Assembly (NCBI GenBank): GCA_028534125.1
Contig: CM052816.1
Location: 86,740,001-86,803,836 of the forward strand
Direction: 5' to 3'
Source of the DNA: Lama glama
Lineage: Eukaryota
DNA: 63,836 nt
Below are positions 13,341 to 24,747 of the stretch, in pieces. Below the pieces are notes generated by a model. That model saw only the letters and a program-made list of their open reading frames with translations, had not been told where the DNA came from and did not search any database. Within the stretch, counting starts at the first letter, position 1. Every line of letters begins with the position of its first letter. The position numbers were made by a program, and so were the translations under genes.

Positions 13341-15114
13341 CAATAAGTTATAGATATTTGCTGAAAAACATTGTGCTTATAGTTGGCAGTACTGCATTGC
13401 GCACTCAGAAATGTGATGAAGGTAGATCTCATATATCTATTCTTTCCTGTGTTTATACATATATATATATGAATATGACATATATGACACATTATATGTG
13501 TATACATACATCACATCGCTGTATATTATATGTATACCTACTAGCAGCATCAAAGGCCAGGGAATATGCAGAAATATAAGTGTCAGAGGCATAGTGATTT
13601 GGCTTTTCAAATTCCCAACTCATTCTAGATTCTTCCATCTCCTGCTTCACTACTAGCAAGGTCAGTGAGGATTTAAACCTGAAAGAGTCATCACTGAGTC
13701 TTGACAAGTAATGCTGAATCCTGGCAAGTAAGTGTACAGGAAATTGGCTTCTGTACTATATCAGAGAATGTTGCAGGCCCTACAATTCTCAGTTGCATTC
13801 TTCTGACAGAGGCTTATTTGACTTGATATAGTAACAAAAGATAATGTACATTTTCCCTCAACTGTTAACTCTGTACGAAATGATTTGCAACCAAATAAAC
13901 CCACTTTTTCCTTTACAGAATGCTACCATGTTGCATCAGTTTGAACAAATGCATACATGATCAGTGTTTTGTGGAGCTGTTCACATACATTTCCTAAATC
14001 CATCCAAATTGGGTAATAGTGATTATAATGTGTGTACACAGACACAAAAGTTAGACTTGTCATAAAAAATATTTTAGAAGTGTTTAAAAGTAAGCAAAAA
14101 TTATTCTTTGTATTACACACAGATACTATTACACATAATCTGCTTATTAAACATCCCCATTTTCTATACCCATCTCTACCATCACTTTGGGACATTGTGT
14201 ACATCACTTCTAATCTCTAAGTTTACTCTAAGTATGTTTACTGCTATTTTATATGCTTTCAACATTTTTTTCTTGTTTACTACCTAGTAAGAAATTGAGA
14301 AACTGTTACAAATACAGCTGTTTATGAGGATCCAGGTGTATCAATGGATATGCTAGGCATGTCAAATGAAAGGTTTCTTGTAATTATTCCAATAGAATAC
14401 TATAAAATGTCTATGGGTTTAGATACATTTATATATATGCACATTTAAAAATATCCCAAAGCTTTTAGCATTTTCTCATTTTAACTGTAAAATACTTAGG
14501 GCATTATATTCTTCTTGTAGACAATATATAATTCAAGTTGCATGTTCTATTAAATTTAACAGCTTTAGATGGGTATAGCATATGTTGTCACATAAGATTC
14601 TGATTTTGATTTCTATAATTAAATACATTGCTGTTAGCTTTTTTCAAAACTGATGTCTTAAAACCAAGGTCTCATCAAAACACATGCTAAAATTGAACTT
14701 TCGAAAGACCATTTTCCTGAAAACAAATATACAACTGGTATTTTTGCCTTTTAATGTACGTACATGACAGAAATTCATAGCACGTATGTCTGACAGAAAT
14801 TGATGAGATGAATGACAGGATTGTCTTTAAAAGGAACTCCTGTGGATTCTGATTAGGTCAAATTGTCTATCACTTAAATTTAAATCTGTGAATGTAAAAT
14901 CCATCACTTCAATATCATATCCTAATGTGAAAAACACAGCCTTCTAAATTAAGTTTGTTAATACTTTCAAAGATCTTTAGAAAAAGTTATCTTGACAATC
15001 CATGCATCTATATTTTCATATACTTTTTAGAAGAAATAATATTTTAAATGTAAGATAGAATTTATAGTTTCCTGTGCTATATCATAGCAGTAATTGTTTG
15101 ATGTGGCTTTTACA

Positions 15115-15310
15115 TGCTTGAAGTTGAATTCTGATTCTGCTATTTCCTACCTAATCATAGGCACTTGGGTAAACTTTTGATACTTGTTTCTCATCTTTAA
15201 AATGGAGGTAATAAAAGTAATCACTGATGACAATTAAGAACATGCAAGTTAGGCATGTAAAACAACCTCAAATAGTGTAAATATACAAGAAACAAAATTA
15301 TTATTATTAA
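15115..15310 (+). mobile_element. MIR SINE
   Basis: tgtttctcatctttaaaatggaggtaataa core. Confidence 0.7.
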
Positions 15311-15554
15311 TGATAATTTTATTATGTGCCTTGTTCCAGATTTTCATAATCTTCTTTCAGACAAATCTGTTTTGGAGTGTATTAAGAGTTAGCCATGTTG
15401 CTCATGATGTTTATGCTTCCACAACTATAAACTAATGTGAAACAGTATTCTTCAGCAGAGAAACCAGGCTGAATTGAAAAAGATTTGACTCCTAGTTATG
15501 AACATGTCACTGATCTGAGTGCAATGCATTTCTTTAGTGACTTGGTCGTACGTT

Positions 15555-15979
15555 GGATTATTATTCACAACTCTTGCTACTTGTTGATAATAGCATCATA
15601 TGTCCTTGCCCTCTGCTGTGTGAGTCTGGCACATTCTAGTAAAGTACAAACAGTGGCATTCCCACCTCATCAACCCTAAGTCTGTCCATGAAAATGACTT
15701 TGACCAACAGAATCTGTTAAGAAAAGCACTGTTTTCAGTCCAAGAAGACACTTTAAGATGCATCGCCTTATGCTTGTCCCTCTTGAGTTCTCTTCAGTGA
15801 CAATATTATGTCCAGAGAGTAGATGTTTCTTCAGCCTGAGTCCTAGGGTGAAAGAACTTGTGGAGTCTAACTGAGCCCAAAGGAGATGAACACATTAGAA
15901 GAGGAAAAAATAAAAATTTGTTTTTGTAGCCACTGAGATAAGGCATTATTTATTACCACAGGAAGAGCTGATTAATACA
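15555..15979 (+). mobile_element. MaLR LTR (MLT1I/J-like)
   Basis: cttcagcctgagtcctagggtgaa; aataaaaatttgtttttgtagccactgagat; ends ctgattaataca. Confidence 0.7.
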
Positions 15980-16188
15980 TGTGCTGAAGGCATTTATATA
16001 CAAAGAGGAAATGAATGCTATATATTATTCTATAGAGTAACGGAAAGAAGAATGAAAGAAAAATTTAAACACTAATTAAAATTTCTTTTTCCCTGAATAA
16101 TGCTAGAGAAAGTAAAACCTATTGAAATAAAAAAAAAATTGGTATATAATGAGAAATACACAATTTTGTATTTCATGTTAATGTAGGG

Positions 16189-16658
16189 TATGATGGTTAA
16201 TTTTATATGTCAACTTGTCTGAGCCATGGTGCTTACATATTTGGTCAAACATTATTCTGCATGTTTCTGCGAGGGTGTGTTTGGATGAGATTAACATTTA
16301 AATCAATGGACTTCAAATAAAGTAGGTTGTCATCATAGTGTGGGTAGGTCTCATCCAATTTGTTGAAGGTCTGAATAGAATAAAAGTCTGAGTTTCCTTG
16401 AATGAGAAAGAATTCTGCCAACAGATGACCTTTAATTGTGAATTGTTCAGATTTGAAAATACAGCACCAACCCTTTCCTAGTCTCCAGCCCGACTGCCTT
16501 TGGATTTGAAACGCAGCATGAAATCTCGAAACCGCTGGTCCAACTGGCAGGGGTAAACTTGGAAGCCTCTATAATGAGTTGAGACAATTTATTAAAATAA
16601 ATATCTCTCTATTTCTCTGTCTCTCTCTGCTTCTCTGTCTCTATAACTGTCTCTCTTT

Positions 16659-16707
<49 letters not shown>

Positions 16708-16748
16708 TCCTATTGATTCTCTTTCTCTGAGGAACCCTGACTAGTACA
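16189..16748 (+). mobile_element. MLT2-family LTR (5' LTR of ERV-L provirus)
   Basis: tatgatggttaattttatatgtcaacttg start, internal (CA)n at 16661-16707, end gaaccctgactagtaca. Confidence 0.92.
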
Positions 16749-16920
16749 GATCTTGGTACGAGTAGTGAGGAACAGAATCTTAAGAATGAGTTTTCTGAAT
16801 TGGTTTTGGGGTTTCTAGAATTGCCTCTTTACTCTGATTAGACTCATAGATACTAATGACTTTACTTCCAGGAGGAAAGAGAACACTGATAATTCATCTT
16901 GTGATATGGCTATAGAGACA

Positions 16921-17420
16921 NNNNNNNNNNNNNNNNNNNNNNNNNNNNNNNNNNNNNNNNNNNNNNNNNNNNNNNNNNNNNNNNNNNNNNNNNNNNNNNN
17001 NNNNNNNNNNNNNNNNNNNNNNNNNNNNNNNNNNNNNNNNNNNNNNNNNNNNNNNNNNNNNNNNNNNNNNNNNNNNNNNNNNNNNNNNNNNNNNNNNNNN
17101 NNNNNNNNNNNNNNNNNNNNNNNNNNNNNNNNNNNNNNNNNNNNNNNNNNNNNNNNNNNNNNNNNNNNNNNNNNNNNNNNNNNNNNNNNNNNNNNNNNNN
17201 NNNNNNNNNNNNNNNNNNNNNNNNNNNNNNNNNNNNNNNNNNNNNNNNNNNNNNNNNNNNNNNNNNNNNNNNNNNNNNNNNNNNNNNNNNNNNNNNNNNN
17301 NNNNNNNNNNNNNNNNNNNNNNNNNNNNNNNNNNNNNNNNNNNNNNNNNNNNNNNNNNNNNNNNNNNNNNNNNNNNNNNNNNNNNNNNNNNNNNNNNNNN
17401 NNNNNNNNNNNNNNNNNNNN
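16921..17420. other. 500-N assembly gap
   Basis: Read directly. Confidence 1.
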
Positions 17421-18769
17421 TTTCTCTGAGGAACCCTGACTAGTACAGATCTTGGTACGAGTAGTGAGGAACAGAATCTTAAGAATGAGTTTTCTGAATT
17501 GGTTTTGGGGTTTCTAGAATTGCCTCTTTACTCTGATTAGACTCATAGATACTAATGACTTTACTTCCAGGAGGAAAGAGAACACTGATAATTCATCTTG
17601 TGATATGGCTATAGAGACAGGCAAAGTATGACCATGGGATACTCCTAAGAAAGCACTTAGGAGGCAAGAGTTTGACTGACTATATACATGCTGTCTTCAA
17701 ACATTTTTGTCAAACTTATGAGTAAAATGAGATTAACTGGTTGCTCCTAATATCTCTGTACAAAGTGGAGAAAGAAAAGGAAGAGTTCAGGGTGTTGAAT
17801 TTTCAGCTCAAGTGACAAATAAATAATCTGAAAGCTCCTACATCTGCCCTGAAAGAAACCCTATCTCCTATAGTCACTTGGCTGATATTGTTAAAAGCAA
17901 ACCTAAAATCTCATCCTGGACATGACTGAATTACAGTGAGAACTGAATTCCCAGGCTCACAGGGTGTCTACTGCTAAAGTGAGAATATTGATTGGGAAGG
18001 GAGGTATGGGATACCAAAAGCTGGAATGCGGAAACTGGAAACATTACGCCTCTGAAGTCTGGTGAGTCTTGTTTGCCAATACCAGCTGCCTCTCGTCACT
18101 TGAAGAAAATGGAAGAGGAGATTGCCTTGCAAGGTACTGCTAACCAACTTCCAAGCACTCTTTGCTTCTAGACCTATAACTAGACTTTAGTCTCAGGAGG
18201 CTCCTAAAAGTCAGGTACAAAATTTGACCCATGAGGAAGTGTGCTACACTCTGAAAAAATACTTGATTTTTCTAATTTCTATAGACAGAAATCTGAAAAT
18301 TATATGTGGGAATCCACATTAAGGGTGTGAAATAATGATGGAAAGAACACATAGTTGGATAAGGACAAATTTACTGATATGGGCTCACTATGTAGAGATT
18401 TCTGTATTTAATGCTGCAACTTGGAGAATTAGAAAGAGGTCTATCAGATTGCTTGCTTGGCTGGCTGAAACATGGACAAGAAACTGTCCTACATTAAGCA
18501 AACTTGAAATGCTGGACCTAACTTGGTTTACTGTAAAGGAAGGGATTCAAAGAAGACTCAAGGAAATTGGGACGTTACAGTGGATTTGTCACTTAAGAAC
18601 CACTTACCAACCTTGGGAGAGTGCAAAAGACAAAACATCCAACAGTACTACAACAGTGAGAAATTAATTGCTCTGTGATTGCTTTTCTCTGTAGGTGATT
18701 CTCAACACATCTCTATCCAATTTACTTTTGCACAGAGAACACACTGCACAGAGAACACACTGACCTTGG

Positions 18770-19810
18770 AGAATAACAATAGATTATCATAAGCATAACC
18801 AAGTGTTTACTCTAATTACAGCTACTTCACCAGATACGGTTTCATTACTTGAGCAAATTAACACATTCCATGGTAACAGGTATGCAACTACTGAGCTGGC
18901 AAATGCTTTTTTTTACATCCCTGTTGATAAAGACCACCAGGAAGGGTTTGCTTTCAGCTGGCAGGCCAGCAATACATTTCATTATCTTACTTCCGGGGTA
19001 TATCAACTCTCTAGCCCTGTGTCATAATTTAATTTACCAAGATCTTGATCATTTTTCCTTTCCATAAGATATCACAGTGATCCATTACATTAATGACATT
19101 ATCCTGATTAGACCTAATGAGCAAGAAGTACTGACTACTCTATACTTAATGATGAGACATTTGTATGTGAAAGGGTGGAAAATAAATCCAACAACAATTC
19201 AGAGCCTCCTACCTCAAGTGAAACTTCTAGGGGACCAGTGGTGTGAAGTACGTTGAGATACTCTCTCTAAACTGAAGGATAAGTTGTGCATCCGGCCCCT
19301 TCTACAACTGAGAAAAGGTACAACAGCTGGTGGGCACTGGTGGGCTTCTTTGGGTTTTGGAGACAACAGAGTCCATACTTGGGTGTGCTATTCCGGCTCA
19401 TTTACCTAGTGACCCAAGAGCTGCTGGTTTTGAGTGGGGCCCAGAACGAGAGAAGGATCTGCGGCAGGTCTGGCTGCTGTGCATACTGCTTTGTCACTGG
19501 GACCATACAATCCAGCAGTGGCCAACAGGGGAGCTGCTTGGAGTCTTTGATTGGCCCCTGCAAGTAAATCATAGTGCAGCCTCTCAGGGTGTAGAAGAAA
19601 ATCCCTGCCATCTCCTGTGAATAACTGCTCCACTTTTGAGAAACATCTTTTGGCCTGCTGCTAGGAGTTAGCAGGCACTGAATGCTTCATCATGGCCACC
19701 AAGTTACCCTGCAAACTTAGCTGCCAGTCGTGAACTGAGTATTATCTGACATACCCAGACACTAAGTTGACCATGCACAGCAGCCCTCCAACATCATATG
19801 AGAGTGGGAA
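18770..19810 (+). pseudogene. pol: ERV-L pol (RT/RNase H) remnant, frameshifted
   Basis: VSLLEQINT...LANAFFYIPV...FAFSWQ, LPGYINSLALCHNL, YIND at 19086-19097 in place of YIDD, GFFGFWRQ. Confidence 0.9.
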
Positions 19811-20057
19811 TATGAGACTGGCCTGAGCAGATCCTCAAGGTTGCAGTCTATTTTACCTTATAACATACAGATGGTTCTCAGAAGTACATTTAATATGTTA
19901 AGCACCTGAACTGTAGAGATATATTTTAAAATCATTTCAATTTTATATTTAATCATATCCAATCATTTACCATTTTGGTAGCCAGATTATTATTTTTTTA
20001 ACTCTCTATGGTTCTTGGGTTCTTGGGGTGGTAAAGTATAAAATTTTTATTCCAATC

Positions 20058-20424
20058 TTTATTAGTCTATTTGGGCTGCCATAACAAAACACCATGGATG
20101 AGTGGCTTAAACCACAGAAATTTATTTCTCAATTCTCTGGAGACAGGGAAGTCCAAGATCAAGGTACTAGCTAATCTGGTTACTGGTGAGAGCTCTTTTT
20201 CTAGCTTGCAGATGGTTGCCTTCTCCCTGTGTCTTCATATGGCAGAGAGAGGGAGAAAAATCTTTCTCTGTCTCTGTTTATAAGGCCACTGATCCTCTTG
20301 CATCAGGGCCCCTTATGACCTAATTTAACTTTAATTACCTGCTAAAAACCCAATCTCCAATACAATTAATTGGATCAAGTTTCAACATATAAATTTTAGA
20401 GGGACATAGTTCCATCCCATAGTA
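20058..20424 (-). mobile_element. MaLR LTR (MLT1A0-like)
   Basis: tattagtctatttgggctgccataacaaa; gaagtccaagatcaaggt. Confidence 0.88.
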
Positions 20425-22148
20425 CAAGCCAAATTCTGAATTTCCTGAGCATGTTGATGTTTCTAGAAGTTCTACAACTTAATTATATTTGACTCCATCC
20501 TGAAATGACTGAATAAATTTTTAACAAATATATATATGGCAAGATAAATGTACAGATGGTGTCTCTTCCATTTGGATATTTTTGTCATTGTTGCTATTTT
20601 GTTGTTTTCCTCCCCATTCTTGGAAATATTTTTGATTGTTTTAATGCTGTTGTAAATAAAAATAAGGATTTACCAAAATAGTCTCTTCAAATAAACACTG
20701 GCATCAGAGGCCAAAGCATGGCAGGGTCCAGTCAGCAATATATACAGAGGAAAGCTTGTCTGAATGAGAAGTCCACCCATCTTGTCTCCCTCTGTTCTCT
20801 TCACATTCACATCTGTAATCAGATGCTACATGCAATGCCTAGGGGAAACAAAAGCTGTCTGGCCTGCAAAGAAATTTTTTTAATCTTGTGTTTTAAATAC
20901 TTAGGTTTTCATATCTATATTTTATTAGCTTGAGTAGGTAGTAGACACGTGGTAACAAAAGAAAAAATGAGATTAAAATAAGTAAACTGTGAATTATTTG
21001 CTCTTTTGCCTCATATCTAGAATTTTCTAGCACTTAACCCTCAGACATAGTTACTATTTATAATATAATTAGTTGAACATTCATAGAAGTGAAAATTATT
21101 GTGTGTATTCCATGATTTATTTAATGGTATAATGATAGACATTCTTCTGCTTTTTTCTTAAAATTATTCACTATTATTGCATTTAATTTATGTAGAGTTT
21201 CAAATTATTCACTTAGAGGCATAGATTGCAAACTCAGTCTTCTATTGATACAACTTACATTGCTTGTTTGTGTATCCCTATTACACACAATGCTGCAATT
21301 ATATGCATCTTATTATATATATTTATTCCACAGCTAATAACATTTAGGTAGTCATTTAAAGAAGTAAAACTGAGATACATTCAGAAATAGCAACATAGTT
21401 GGAAAAATAATACAATAGTGCAATTACAGAATCAGAATTGAAATATATATGTATTTAATATGCATGCCCCTTCAATTTAGATTAAATGTGTGCTTGAACC
21501 AATTTCCTTGAACAAATGGCTTTTGCCCATTTTGCCCATTTTGCTCTGTTTATGTTGAAAACCCCCACCTTGTCTTCAGAGATTCTTGGGACAGAGGAGT
21601 ATTTTTAACCCCAAATAATTCTAGCTTTGACATATTGTTTCCTCTGGGTTTGTAATCTCCATTCTGGACCTCACTTCCTATTCTACTTGTAATTTTCCTT
21701 CTATTGTTGCCCAAATATTGAATCTTTCTTAACCTATTATGTGTCAAGTAAGTTTGCGTGAAGAAGATTTTAAGGAATGTCCTTGGGATGAGAAAGTGGA
21801 AATTGAACATTTTATACCAAAGTACCACACTGAAAAAGTGAAAAAGTACCAATACTTAACAAATCATGTTAACACATCTTTATTATTATATGGCTCTCAA
21901 TAGTTATTACCAATATCCCTTTCCAAAGCTTTCAATTTCCCTATTTGTCATTGAACCCATTATTTTTTCTATGCTTTTTTTTTCTTCATCTTCCATCCCT
22001 TTTATTCCTTCTCATTCTTCTTATTATTCTCTCTCTGTCTCATTTCCTCACTCTTCTCTGAATGATGATCTGAAGCTAAACATTTTTCTTTATATACTGA
22101 AAAGCTCAGCTCTTTCTCATTGTTATTTCGTACTAGGACCATCATGTC

Positions 22149-22216
22149 TATATATACACACACACATATACATATATATATATATACACACACACATACA
22201 CACACATACATATAAT
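22149..22216. repeat. Compound (TA)n/(CA)n microsatellite
   Basis: Read directly. Confidence 0.9.
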
Positions 22217-22844
22217 ATGAGGTAATCTTCCAAGCCAAATGCCACTGACTTTTGATTTCCATTCTCTGCCAGCAAAAATACTGCTGCTGAACTTGAAATA
22301 AAAGGACCTGTTTTAGTAAATCAAATTGTTAAGCGTAATTTCTCCCTTTTATTGTCCATAAGCAATTTCAAGTCATACAATGAAGAAATGTTTATCTAAT
22401 CTGCTCAAAATGTAACTTTCACACTCAGTTTCTGGCTTAGAAATAGGCTATGGATATAGTCAATTTTTTTGGTTATTCTTCTTGTTTTAAACCAGCTTCT
22501 GTATACATGTATTTTTCCCCTTTGAATACAAACAAACAAAAACCATTGACACTGAAACATTAATATTAATGAGTAGTAGAGAAAAAGAAGGTGAGAACTA
22601 AATTCTAAAGCGATGGTCATTATAATAAAATTTCTTCATCTGCCATTGATCCTTAATATTCAACTTTGACCACGTCAAGAATGTAGGTATTCATTTTTGT
22701 TCTTTCCATAGAGACCACAAAGCTAGAAATTTTTCTTTATGTAAACATATATATAAGACCTATTCATTGTTGCTAAAGAGTGGAAAGCTTTATGATAACA
22801 AAATCATTTTTATCGTATTAGTAGATATTACATAATAATTAAGA

Positions 22845-23000
22845 TCATAGATTTAAACAAGACAGTCCAAGCTTGAGCATTAGCAAGCTGTGTGGCTTGG
22901 GAAAATGACTTAATCTCTCTAATTCTTAGTTTCCGATATGTAAAAGGAGAACCAAAACAATACCTATCTCAACTGATTGATGCAATGATAAACTGTTTAA
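22845..23000 (+). mobile_element. MIR SINE
   Basis: agctgtgtggcttgggaaaatgacttaatctctctaattcttagtttcc core. Confidence 0.75.
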
Positions 23001-23495
23001 CTGGAATAGTGTTTGGACTACCCTAAGCCAAAAAATAGTTTTAATGTATATATACATTAAAGGCAACATTCAAATTTATTTTCCAATTAAAAGTAAATAG
23101 TTCCATGAGACGATTAAGTACCAGATAAACAGAAAATCAAAGTGTGTCGACTAAGCTGAGAAGAAATGTACGGGAATATGGGCTACTTAAAAACAAAATA
23201 TTAGAACTTTTTTATAAAAGATTATGCATATATATTTAATGTAGAGTAAGTATCACTGTCATTCTTATATTTCCATATTCTTAAACATATACTGAAAAAT
23301 ATAGGAATCTAGACAGAAAAAAAGTGTATTTAGCATTTGATTTTTACATGTAATGCATATAACTGTAATTAAATTTAATAAAATCATGTAAATGATAATT
23401 TATTTAGGCTTTAGAATTATTCATTTTTCTGAATTATTTAAATTCTGCTTACCTGAACAACAAAATTGTGTGTTTGAAAGATACCAAAAATATGT

Positions 23496-23514
23496 GAGTA
23501 CCATCTAGTGGCTG
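23496..23514 (-). promoter_or_regulatory. Candidate CTCF site
   Basis: Reverse strand reads CAGCCACTAGATGGTACTC, close to the CCASYAGRKGGCRS core. Confidence 0.5.
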
Positions 23515-23964
23515 AACAGGAGGTAAGCAACAAGCTGTGAGGAAGGGGGTTAAAACAGGTCAGGGGAACACACAGCCAGAAAGACTGGGAGGAAGAACGA
23601 GGTTATGGCTAGAAATCAGTAAAGACCACAAAGGAGCCCATGTTTTTATTAGAATGTGTCTGCATGGTTAGACAGTAAAACACTTGAGCTGTAACACGGG
23701 AATAATCTACACCGACCAAAACTGTGCCTCTGATCACACTTACGTATAGTGAAGGCACTACTAAATTCTAGACCCCTAAAGGTTGAAATGACTGGATTTA
23801 AACCCCTCACGTCGACGCAGCAACAGTAACTGCACAACTGCGAAACACAGCTCAAAGCGGGGGGGAATGGAGCAAGGGACTTGCAGACTGCTATGTAATA
23901 TACAGACGTAAGTATTTTGCAAACTGCATTTCAGTAGAGCAACAAAGTTTTCCGTAAATATAAT

Positions 23965-24125
23965 AACAATCATTATAGGAATAACAATTTGTTTTGTAAG
24001 ATACTGCTTCAATTATCTTAAAAATCCAGGTGAGAAAAACTGAAGTTTGGCCAAGAATTCAAACTTAGTAAGACATGAGGCAAGAATTCAAATTCAAGGC
24101 TGTTTGGTTACAGAATATAAACTGA
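23965..24125 (-). mobile_element. MIR SINE
   Basis: caggtgagaaaaactgaag...caagaattcaaattcaaggctgtttggtt. Confidence 0.6.
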
Positions 24126-24747
24126 ACAAATAAAAAACGTTTTCTCAAAATACATGGTAATAAAATCTACTTAATGTGAATGTTATTCTAGTGCCTAAGG
24201 AAATAACAAGTGTAAATATCCTGCTCAAATAAAGTTATGAAGTCCCATGCTGTTTCAAATGAATCACAATCAGCAGGAGATGAAGTCTATCTGCTCCATT
24301 TGGATGTTATGAGCAAACAACAACAACAAAATAAAAAGGAAAGAAACCCACACATAATCAAAAGATCAAAGTATACATTTATACATTTTAGCCACAGAAC
24401 TAAAGGTTTTTCCTAGATATCTACATGAAAATGAATTGATAATGATAACAAAGTTAGCTGATAAAAATGCATCATATATATACGATTCTATACGTATATA
24501 TAATCATATATATGTACATATAAATATGACTATATATGTATATTGCATGCAGACATCTCTTCAAAGTCTAGATGACATAATTCACAGAAAATGTGTTTGT
24601 CATTTTAATATATTTGAAGTATCAGTCTCTTTATAGAGATGAAGGTTCAAAAAAGATTCAGTAATTAAGTGCATGAAATTAAGTAATGCAATGGCAGAAT
24701 TGAAAAAATAAAATAAAATAAAAAGATGCTGAAAGAGCTGAAGTAGG

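Larger units (their letters stand above)
12070..13450 (+). mobile_element. L1MA8/9-like 3' UTR fragment, split by two LTRs
   Basis: Pieces 12070-12181, 12700-12715 and 13341-13450 join into continuous L1 3' UTR text (aaagtttcagttacacaag...aataagtt...ggtagatctcat). Confidence 0.8.
16749..19842 (+). mobile_element. ERV-L internal region (ERVL-B4/HERV-L-like): PBS, decayed gag and pol; no 3' LTR
   Basis: Starts gatcttggtacgagtagtg as in HERV-L-int (Leu-type PBS near 16754); gag-like frame 18335-18667; RT peptides downstream. Confidence 0.92.

Noticed and set aside
16906..17439. 177-aa ORF
   Set aside because: Almost entirely translated Ns from the assembly gap.
17421..17619. Second ERV-L LTR end and PBS suggesting a tandem provirus
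   Set aside because: Exact copy of the sequence before the gap, best explained as contig overlap.
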